From: Clostridia bacterium
GTDB taxonomy: Bacteria; Bacillota; Clostridia; Christensenellales; CAG-917
DNA length: 64,000 bases
Direction of reading: 5' to 3'
Assembly (NCBI GenBank): GCA_045613765.1
Contig: JAZLBO010000012.1
Location: 674 to 64,673 of the forward strand
The notes under the pieces are model-generated. The model searched no databases and was not told the DNA's origin. It saw nothing but the letters and a program-made list of their open reading frames with translations. Below are positions 57,273-64,000 of the stretch, one piece after another (position 1 is the stretch's first letter; each line of letters begins with the position of its first letter). A program made the position numbers and the translations under genes.

Positions 57273-58064
57273 TCAGTCTGTGATGCCCCACTTGTTCATT
57301 TTTTCGTATAGTTTGTTGTAGAAGTTTGTTTTGCCACTTATAAACTTTGCAGTCCTTGTTGACTTGACAAATTCAACTCTATCAGTGTTTTCAAGTGCGA
57401 TTTGATCTCTGCCATCTGCAATGACAATTCCATCAGTGCCAAGGGTTTCAATCTCAATTTTGCTATTCCCGGACACGATTATCGGGCGAGAATTGAGAGA
57501 GTGAGCACATATTGGATTGATGATAATTGCATCAACGTCAGGCGCTACAATAGGGCCACCTGCCGACAATGAGTATGCCGTTGAGCCTGTTGGAGATGAA
57601 ATGATGACGCCATCTGCATGGTATTTGTGGGCAAATACACCATTTATCTTCACTGACAAGTGTATGGGCTTGGATGAAGTTGTTTTGACAACGAAATCAT
57701 TGAGAGCATATTGTTTGTTGCCGTCAACGGTTGTTTCAAGAAGGTTGCGACAAGTAAGATGGTCGCTTTCAAGTGCCTTTGACAACTCCTCTGCCGTCAC
57801 ATTGGACTCATATTGAGTGAGAAAACCAACATTGCCCAAGTTTACGCCAAGTATGGGGCAGGTCGCTTTTGTTGACGCGTAAAGCATAGTGCCGTCCCCA
57901 CCAAACACCAAAAGACGATCAAAACAAGCGCAATCGTCAGTCAAATTGTCAAGTTCGACAATATTATGACCGAGAGCCGTCAAATCTTTTGTCAAGGATA
58001 GTTTTGTTTCATTGTCCTTGAGATTGGTTTTGGAATAAACTGCCACTTTCATAATCGTCATCAT
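57273..58064 (-). CDS. nadK: NAD kinase
   Basis: 263 aa with GGDGT and the SSPTGSTAYSLSAGGPIV motif. Which of the clustered N-terminal ATGs is the true start is uncertain. Confidence 0.92.
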   Translation of the reverse strand: MMTIMKVAVYSKTNLKDNETKLSLTKDLTALGHNIVELDNLTDDCACFDRLLVFGGDGTMLYASTKATCPILGVNLGNVGFLTQYESNVTAEELSKALESDHLTCRNLLETTVDGNKQYALNDFVVKTTSSKPIHLSVKINGVFAHKYHADGVIISSPTGSTAYSLSAGGPIVAPDVDAIIINPICAHSLNSRPIIVSGNSKIEIETLGTDGIVIADGRDQIALENTDRVEFVKSTRTAKFISGKTNFYNKLYEKMNKWGITD

Positions 58065-58185
58065 TATACATTAATATTCATTTTTATACAAGTGCTTTAC
58101 ATAAATTATAAATATAATTTTGTAACCTTGAATATGGCGCTATTTTCTTGTTATCCAACAAAATTTGGCTACAAAATACTTTTTC

Positions 58186-58214
58186 TTGACAAATGTCCAT
58201 TGTGAAACTATAAT
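58186..58214 (+). promoter_or_regulatory. Perfect-consensus sigma-A promoter
   Basis: TTGACA (58186-58191), 17 nt spacer, TATAAT (58209-58214). The ATG of the 37-codon ORF begins only 7 nt after the -10 element. Confidence 0.65.
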
Positions 58215-58220
58215 ATAACC

Positions 58221-58334
58221 ATGGAAAATTTATTGTGTATTAGTGATTTGACGGTTAGTTTGATTGGTGCACTCGCAGGGCTTGCTCTTGGCGTGGCACT
58301 TCTTGTGTTCTTTGTTATAAGAAAAAAGGACTAA
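58221..58334 (+). CDS. 37-aa hydrophobic peptide, apparently leaderless
   Basis: MENLLCISDLTVSLIGALAGLALGVALLVFFVIRKKD: one TM helix plus a basic tail. There is no room for an SD. The ORF is bracketed by a consensus promoter and a strong terminator, and it is the only + strand unit inside a 34-kb run of - strand genes. It is below the track's 60-aa cutoff. Confidence 0.45.
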   Translation: MENLLCISDLTVSLIGALAGLALGVALLVFFVIRKKD

Positions 58335-58358
58335 CTTTCAATTTTTGGACAAAAATAA

Positions 58359-58386
58359 AACAACCTGTTTTCAGGTTGTTTTTTTA
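58359..58386. terminator. Bidirectional rho-independent terminator (serves the peptide unit and pcp)
   Basis: AACAACCTG-TTTT-CAGGTTGTT with TTTTT on the + side and an A-run (a T-run on the - strand) on the other side. Confidence 0.8.
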
Positions 58387-58425
58387 TTTACTATATTTAT
58401 TGTGTTCAAAAGGATGAAGATGAAA

Positions 58426-59013
58426 TCAGTCCTCAAGGGTTTTTATGGCGATTGTAAGACCTTTTACAATATCAGCCAAACTCATTGACGGTTCTTTGCC
58501 TTGATCGGTTGAATATGGCACATGGATGAAACCAACTTTTATGGCTGTGCCTTTGAAACGTGAGAGCAAGGTGTATAACACATCATTGCAGACAAAAGTG
58601 CCTGCCGAGTATGAAACTTGAGCGTCTATTCCGTTGTTTTTTATGTTTTCAGCAATTTTTCGCACCGGGATTGTGGAAAAATATGCATCTTGTCCATCTT
58701 CAAAAATTCTTTCGTCTTTTGGTTGATTGCCGTCATTGTCGGGTGTGTTGGCATTGCGCAAATTTATACCCAAATACTCGGGTGTAATTGCACTTCTTCC
58801 CCCTGCTTGCCCCACTGAAATGATAACATCTGGGCAAAGTTTTTCTGCAGTTTCAACAAGGATTTTTGCAGATTTTTCAAATGCAACTGGCAGACGCAAT
58901 TTTGTCAACGTGCATTCGCCAATATTTTCTGGCAACGAAGAAACTGCATCCCAAGAGGGATTGATTGTTTCTCCTCCAAAAGGTTCAAATCCTGTTATCA
59001 AAAGTTTTTTCAT
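58426..59013 (-). CDS. pcp: Pyroglutamyl-peptidase I
   Basis: 195 aa with ITGFEPFGGETINPS, the catalytic-Cys region GTFVCN and HVP. Confidence 0.92.
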   Translation of the reverse strand: MKKLLITGFEPFGGETINPSWDAVSSLPENIGECTLTKLRLPVAFEKSAKILVETAEKLCPDVIISVGQAGGRSAITPEYLGINLRNANTPDNDGNQPKDERIFEDGQDAYFSTIPVRKIAENIKNNGIDAQVSYSAGTFVCNDVLYTLLSRFKGTAIKVGFIHVPYSTDQGKEPSMSLADIVKGLTIAIKTLED

Positions 59014-59021
59014 ATTATCTG

Positions 59022-59735
59022 TCAGTTGTTTTTGCCAAGATAAAGAAGGTACTCTATGTTTTTATTTTCGTAGAAAATTGGGGAGGTTGACTGCCCTAAA
59101 ATTTCAAAGCCACTTGATATTGCATAGCCCTTGACATAGTTGATCGCTTTTTGACGATCCTTTTCGTTTAATACAATACCCTTTTTGCTTAAAGCAGATT
59201 TGTCAAGTTCAAATTGGGGTTTTATCAAAACAACTGCCTTTCCACCCACTTTCAAAAGTTTGTGTATTGATGGCAGTATGTGTTTCAAGGATATAAAACT
59301 AACGTCACTGCACACGAAGTCCATCTTGTCGCATATAGGCAAATCTCTTGCATTACACTGCAAAAATGTGACACGATCATCTTCAAGTATTCTGTCTGGA
59401 AGGTCGCAGTCTGCCACGTCAACGGCAAGGACACTGCTCACTTCGTTCCTCAAAAGAACATCAGTGAAACCACCATTGCTACAACCAATATCGGCAGTGT
59501 CAAGTCCTTTGAGATTGAGAGAAAAATCTTTGATTGCTTGAAGCAACTTATATGCGCCTTGTGAAGCGTAGCCTTCATCTTCTACTATCTCAACGGACAT
59601 ATTTTCCTTAATGTCAAAAGATGGCTTAGTTATCACTCTGCCATCCACTTTGACTTTGCCCTTTAAGACGAGATTTTCTGCATACGTCCTTGAAGGTACA
59701 AGATTATTTTCTACAAGATACTTGTCAACTCTCAA
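59022..59735 (-). CDS. tlyA: TlyA-family rRNA (cytidine-2'-O)-methyltransferase (S4 plus FtsJ domains)
   Basis: 237 aa. S4 N-domain (RVDKYLVENNLVPSRTYAENLV) and SAM motif DIGCSNGGFTD. TTG start directly abutting the stop of the upstream membrane-protein gene. Confidence 0.88.
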   Translation of the reverse strand: MRVDKYLVENNLVPSRTYAENLVLKGKVKVDGRVITKPSFDIKENMSVEIVEDEGYASQGAYKLLQAIKDFSLNLKGLDTADIGCSNGGFTDVLLRNEVSSVLAVDVADCDLPDRILEDDRVTFLQCNARDLPICDKMDFVCSDVSFISLKHILPSIHKLLKVGGKAVVLIKPQFELDKSALSKKGIVLNEKDRQKAINYVKGYAISSGFEILGQSTSPIFYENKNIEYLLYLGKNN

Positions 59736-60443
59736 TTAACCTTTGACTTCCTTATCTTTTTCTTTGTTTTCGCCGTGTTTCTTTTGCTTTTCCTTTTGAG
59801 TTTTGCGTCTGCGTCTTTCTTCAGGATTGAACACGGCAATAAGTCTTGCTATGAACATAATAAACTCTTTAGAGTTTTTGATTGCGATATTTTTGAGAAA
59901 TGCTTTGCCACCGATTGTCAATGCAGACACCACGCCAGAGATTGAAATGGTGATGAGTTTTTGTTGCCAATCTTGTGCAATATCAGTGACGACTTTCAGA
60001 GTGATTGCAGCAGCGCAAGCACCTGAAACAATGCCGAATATATCCCCTACCACGTCACTGCAAACGTTTGAAACTTTTTCATTGTTTTTGACAAGCCAAA
60101 GTGCAGTCTTTGCGCCATAGACCTTTCTTGATGCCATAGACACAAATGGCGTCATATCACATGAGGTTGCTGCAACGCCAATGCCATCAAACAAGATACT
60201 GCAAAGTATCAAGAAGAACAAAAGCAGGATTGTCACAATGATATGCTCGCTTGATGCAGTGAGTTCACTGAGAAAACTGATAAATGCAGATACAAAAAAA
60301 GAAACAACCGTAATTTTCACGCTCCAAAGGTTGCGCTTCTTTTTAGGTTGCTTTTTTTGTTTCTTTTCTGCTTGTTGAGATGGGCGAGTTTCCTCGTCCT
60401 TTTGGATTTCGATGCTACTGTAAGAGTCTTCTTGCTTTTCCAT
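59736..60443 (-). CDS. oapA: Four-TM membrane protein with Lys-rich tails; candidate OLE-associated protein A
   Basis: Start set at the ATG at 60443 (MEKQEDSYSS..., GGAGA SD 6 nt upstream). The track's longer N-terminus (to 60566) would read into the structured RNA. Four hydrophobic helices. Its position immediately 3' of the OLE-like RNA is the defining context for OapA. The family call rests on context, not on a remembered motif. Confidence 0.6.
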   Translation of the reverse strand: MEKQEDSYSSIEIQKDEETRPSQQAEKKQKKQPKKKRNLWSVKITVVSFFVSAFISFLSELTASSEHIIVTILLLFFLILCSILFDGIGVAATSCDMTPFVSMASRKVYGAKTALWLVKNNEKVSNVCSDVVGDIFGIVSGACAAAITLKVVTDIAQDWQQKLITISISGVVSALTIGGKAFLKNIAIKNSKEFIMFIARLIAVFNPEERRRRKTQKEKQKKHGENKEKDKEVKG

Positions 60444-60449
60444 ATTTCT

Positions 60450-61055
60450 CCAAAGTTTGTGAAATGGTGGCAACAATCCGAGTAAACCTTGCGCCATAGG
60501 TTCGGTAGGTTTTCCCGATGCAACAACTTGCCGTCGCCGTCCAAGACGTTTCCGATTACGTTGCAACCAACACGGTTTCCCTGTGTTTCACCGAATCGCC
60601 ACTTAGTGCACACTATAATCCCCGAACTGCTTCCAAGAACAGTCTAGAAGTTTTCCTTGGCAACATTATTCCGACCTAGTCCTGTTTTGCAGTTAAGATT
60701 TCAAAAGGCAGTCGGCAAAGTTTGTCGGCCGACAAACGATAACCGTTCCTTTATCCCTGCGTAACCACTCAAGGCAGGCTACACTGTCCACAGCGAATTG
60801 ACTCCACCGCATGACAGGTTTAATCCCAGTCAGTAGACTATTCATCTGGAATTGGTCCACCGATTTGGGTCTCCACGGAGATTGGGTCGCCCTTCGCATG
60901 CCGTTGCGACACGCCCAAAAACCTTAACTCCCAGCAACAGCCCAAGTTTGGGCAACAAAGGCCATCACCAGAAACTTCATCGATATGCCCTTTAGCGATA
61001 TTTTACCCCCGCCTTCGGACCGGATAATGCTGACTAGAATACTGCGCCACCATTC
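60450..61055 (-). ncRNA. ole: Large structured noncoding RNA; best explanation is OLE (ornate, large, extremophilic) RNA
   Basis: An interval of about 600 nt between the recG terminator and the oapA-like SD with no credible ORF. It looks more G+C-rich than the flanking intergenic DNA (by eye, not computed). It has its own strong promoter and many local helices, for example GTTTGTCGGCCGACAAAC (60720-60737), 60882-60918, 60870-60881, 60940-60953, 60633-60660 and 60569-60587. Downstream gene order is 4-TM protein, tlyA(rrmJ), nadK(nadF), argR(ahrC), recN, which matches the published OLE neighbourhood. Ends are approximate (about 15 nt). Confidence 0.75.
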
Positions 61056-61061
61056 ATATAT

Positions 61062-61089
61062 ATTATACACAACTACAAAAAATTGTCAA
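61062..61089 (-). promoter_or_regulatory. Near-consensus sigma-A promoter driving the OLE-like RNA
   Basis: On the - strand: TTGACA (61089-61084), 16 nt spacer, TATAAT (61067-61062). Confidence 0.65.
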
Positions 61090-61138
61090 ATAGGAAAAAT
61101 TGGTTGAATTGTATTAAAAACAAAAAAGACTTTTTGAT

Positions 61139-61163
61139 CAAAAAAACCACCATAAAAGGTGGC
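61139..61163 (-). terminator. Rho-independent terminator of recG
   Basis: On the - strand: GCCACC-TTTTAT-GGTGGT followed by TTTTTTT. Confidence 0.7.
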
Positions 61164-61213
61164 TTTTGACATTTTTAGATATTTACATTGTAAAAAACTT
61201 CTATCAATTTGCA

Positions 61214-63301
61214 TCAACTGTTCAAAGTGACAGATTTCAGTTGATTTTCAAACTCAGAGTAATCTGCTTCAAATAGTTCCTTCATCATTGTCGTCAAATG
61301 GTCATATCTTGCGTCCTTTGACATTTCTTTGGCTCGCATAAGCACCTTTGCATTTGATGGCAATTTGAAGTATGGCGAGCAAGTGACACCCTTTTGTCTT
61401 GTGCCAAGGAAATCCCCTGCTCCACGCATTTCAAGGTCTTTTTCTGCAAGCATAAGCCCGTCATCAAAGTTTTCCATTGCAAGAAGTCGATCAAGAGCAT
61501 TTGCACCCAATGACTTTGTGTGCAGGAAACAGTATGCAGGAAGTCCATCTCTGCCCACTCTGCCACGAAGTTGATGAAGTGATGCAAGTCCAAATCTGTC
61601 GGCATTGAGTATGACAATTATGCTCGCCTTTGTGTCTATGCCGACTTCAATGAGAGACGTTGCCAAAAGCACGTCAATTTCCCCGTTTGAAAAACTTGTC
61701 ATCACAGCATTTTTATCTGCATTTGTCATGCGTCCGTGAAGAATTGATGCGTTTAGATTGCCAAATTGTTCGCTATACGTTGCAAAAAACTTTTCAACTG
61801 AATATATATCCAAACCGTCACTATCTTTGATGGTGGGACACACAAAGAAGGCTTGTTTTTTGTGGTTTTTGCATTGCTCGACAACATACTGAACAAGTCC
61901 ATCCAATTTTTGCTCGGACAGGATTTTTGTGGAAATATTTGTCTTTGCCGTTTCCCTTTTGTATATGGATGATACGTCGATATCGTCATAGAGAGTAAGG
62001 GCAAGTGTCCTTGGAATTGGTGTTGCAGTCAAGGTTAAAACGTCGTCTGCCCCTTTGTTTTCAAGTTCTGCTCTGCAAGAAACACCAAACTTGTGTTGTT
62101 CGTCAATGACTGCAAGTGAAAGATTGTTGTATTCTACATCTTTTGAAACAAGAGATTGAGTGCCGAATATGACTGAAATATCTCCACTGCTCAATCTTTC
62201 TAAAATTGCACGTCTTTCTGCAGATTTGGTTGACGAAGTCAACAGAGCCACTTCAACACCCAAGTTTTCTGCAATTTTCTTGAACTTTTCATATTGTTGT
62301 GTGGCAAGAATTTCGGTGGGACACATATATGCCGACTGTTTGCCTGACATTGATGCAAATGCCAAGGTGTAATATGCCACCACAGATTTTCCAGATCCAA
62401 CGTCACCACTGACAATGCGTGACATATTGTTTGAACTTGTCAAGTCATCTTCAATATCATTCATTGCTTTCAATTGTGACACTGTCAACTCAAATGGAAT
62501 CGCTTTTTGGAAATCTTCAATGCTGAATTTGGTGCTATTATAGTGGTTTTTACGCGTTCTAACGGCAGATAAATTAGAATTGCGATAAGTTTTGAGACCT
62601 ATTGCAAAGTCGATTGAAGACAGCGTTTCGATGGCATCAGCACACTCATTTTTATCCTTTGGAAAGTGAATTTTGTAGAGTGTATCGTAAAGAGCGTATT
62701 CGCTATCACTCAAAATTGATTGAGAATTTGAGTTTCCGTCAATCTCTCTTTCAATGGGTGTATTGTCATCTTCACAAACGCCTTTCTCATTTGGCACATA
62801 ACCAAGGGCAACAAAGCACTGGTAAATCATCTTTTTGAAAGTGCGTTGTCCAATTTCATTGCGCAAAGGATATACGGTGTAAATGCCTTTTGTCAACAGT
62901 TTTAGTTTGTCAGTTGGCTCAACTGTTGGATTAACAAGGAGAGAAACGCCACCATCCGTTATCTTTGAGAAAAGACGGAACTTTCTTCCTATTTCAAACT
63001 GGTTTTTAAGGTATGGTTGATTGAAGAAAATTGCATTGAAAAAAGTTGGTTTCACTGCAATAGAATCACGGAAAGTGACAGTAAAGGACTTTTTGCGACT
63101 ATTGTTTTCTTTTAGTCGAATCACTTCCCCTTCAAATAAATAAAATTGCCCTTCTTCTGCGTTTAATACAGAAGTGGGCAATCCTAAATCTACGTATTTT
63201 GACGGAAAGAAGGACATAAGATTGCCAATTGTTGCAATGCCGAGCGCATCAAGTTTCTTTTCTATTTGTGCGCCTATGCCCTTAATTTCGTTGAGTTTCA
63301 T
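61214..63301 (-). CDS. recG: ATP-dependent DNA helicase RecG
   Basis: Start set at the ATG at 63301 (MKLNEIKGIGAQ...), one base after the yloV stop. Wedge domain plus SF2 helicase motifs GDVGSGKS, DEQHKFG, TATPIPRT and QLRGRVGR. Confidence 0.94.
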   Translation of the reverse strand: MKLNEIKGIGAQIEKKLDALGIATIGNLMSFFPSKYVDLGLPTSVLNAEEGQFYLFEGEVIRLKENNSRKKSFTVTFRDSIAVKPTFFNAIFFNQPYLKNQFEIGRKFRLFSKITDGGVSLLVNPTVEPTDKLKLLTKGIYTVYPLRNEIGQRTFKKMIYQCFVALGYVPNEKGVCEDDNTPIEREIDGNSNSQSILSDSEYALYDTLYKIHFPKDKNECADAIETLSSIDFAIGLKTYRNSNLSAVRTRKNHYNSTKFSIEDFQKAIPFELTVSQLKAMNDIEDDLTSSNNMSRIVSGDVGSGKSVVAYYTLAFASMSGKQSAYMCPTEILATQQYEKFKKIAENLGVEVALLTSSTKSAERRAILERLSSGDISVIFGTQSLVSKDVEYNNLSLAVIDEQHKFGVSCRAELENKGADDVLTLTATPIPRTLALTLYDDIDVSSIYKRETAKTNISTKILSEQKLDGLVQYVVEQCKNHKKQAFFVCPTIKDSDGLDIYSVEKFFATYSEQFGNLNASILHGRMTNADKNAVMTSFSNGEIDVLLATSLIEVGIDTKASIIVILNADRFGLASLHQLRGRVGRDGLPAYCFLHTKSLGANALDRLLAMENFDDGLMLAEKDLEMRGAGDFLGTRQKGVTCSPYFKLPSNAKVLMRAKEMSKDARYDHLTTMMKELFEADYSEFENQLKSVTLNS

Positions 63302-63302
63302 T

Positions 63303-64000
63303 TTATTCTGCTGAAAGTATATAGTAATAATGTGGTTGGCCACCGTAATATACGGCAACTTCAAGGTCGGGATACTCTGTTTCAATGACTTCTGCCACGT
63401 GCATTGCTTCGCTTTCTGTGACGCCTTCACCATAATAGAGTGTGACCATATCGCAGTTTGAGCAAACTTTTCTTACACTTGTGAGAGTTGCTTCTGTGAT
63501 TGATGCGCTTTTTGCAACGATTTTCTTGTTTGCGATTGCAATGATGTCACCTTCTTTCACTGAAAAACCGTTCATACGTGTATTTCTAACTGCGTGTGTG
63601 ACCTCAACTGTCTTGACACCTGCAAAAGATGACTTCATATTTTCAAAGTTTTCTTCTGCTGTGCAGTCAGGTGAGAAAGCAAGTGCTGCTGAGATGCCTT
63701 CGGGGGTGCAAGTTGTAGGAATAACGAAGACGTTGACGTCTGCAAGTTCCTGTGCTTGTTGTGCTGCGAAGATAATATTTGAGTTGTTGGGGAGAACGAA
63801 AACGTTCTTTGCATTTGTTGAGTTGACTGCGCCAAGGATATCATAGACGCTGGGGTTCATTGTTTGACCACCTTCAACAACAATGTCAACCATCAAATCT
63901 TTGAAGATTGCGCTGATGCCGTCGCCTGCGCAGATTGAAACCATTGCAAAGTCCTTTTGAGGCACTTTTTTCTTTGATTTCTTCTTGTCGTCGTCTTCGC
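63303..64000 (-). CDS. yloV: DAK2-domain fusion protein YloV, C-terminal part; the N-terminus lies beyond the right edge
   Basis: The frame is open to position 64000. The C-terminal DegV/DhaL-associated domain ends ...YYGGQPHYYYILSAE. It lies upstream of recG, as in B. subtilis yloV-recG. Confidence 0.8.
   Translation of the reverse strand, partial: EDDDKKKSKKKVPQKDFAMVSICAGDGISAIFKDLMVDIVVEGGQTMNPSVYDILGAVNSTNAKNVFVLPNNSNIIFAAQQAQELADVNVFVIPTTCTPEGISAALAFSPDCTAEENFENMKSSFAGVKTVEVTHAVRNTRMNGFSVKEGDIIAIANKKIVAKSASITEATLTSVRKVCSNCDMVTLYYGEGVTESEAMHVAEVIETEYPDLEVAVYYGGQPHYYYILSAE

Noticed and set aside
59736-60899. The long N-terminal extension of ORF 59736..60566, plus ORFs 60317..60613(-) and 60693..60899(-)
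   Set aside because: They read through the helix-rich OLE-like interval, give Arg/Gly/Pro-rich low-plausibility peptides and lack SDs. A good GGAGA-N6-ATG start exists at 60443 for the membrane protein.

Overview
The window looks like a chromosomal segment from an endospore-forming Firmicute, probably Clostridia-like. It carries spoIIAA-spoIIAB-sigF, a three-gene spoVAC/AD/AE set and yunB. Most of it is densely packed housekeeping DNA. Left half, mostly + strand: a six-tRNA cluster (Pro, CAU, Asp, Phe, Thr, Tyr), pheST, mutS2, a cysteine desulfurase with thiI, miaB-mutS-mutL-miaA and a ynbB-like gene. Right half, entirely - strand: the classic Firmicute block rpsB-tsf-pyrH-frr-uppS-cdsA-dxr-rseP-ispG-(polC slot)-rimP-nusA-ylxR-ylxQ-infB-rbfA-nrnA-truB-ribF, then ruvX/rarA, RNase P RNA, recN-argR-nadK, tlyA and recG. 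The most interesting locus is an ORF-free, visibly GC-enriched, helix-rich segment of about 600 nt at 60.45-61.06 kb on the - strand. It has its own near-consensus sigma-A promoter and is followed directly by a 4-TM protein, then tlyA, nadK, argR and recN. That arrangement matches the published signature of OLE (ornate, large, extremophilic) RNA with OapA, a large ncRNA whose mechanism is still unresolved. Other points worth a second look: a 179-bp tandem duplication that re-copies the 3' end of tRNA-Tyr plus a multi-hairpin trailer; a roughly 1-kb AT-rich region with no track ORF at the point where gene orientation flips (29.3-30.3 kb), containing a phased 15-nt motif; a short dispersed repeat built on phased TTTCA hexamers; a 526-aa PolC-like N-terminal/OB/exonuclease protein where full-length polC normally sits; a MutS2 without an Smr domain; and an apparently leaderless 37-aa hydrophobic peptide unit. 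No database search, covariance model or folding program was run. RNA ends, start-codon reassignments and family names rest on reading the sequence, remembered family motifs and synteny.
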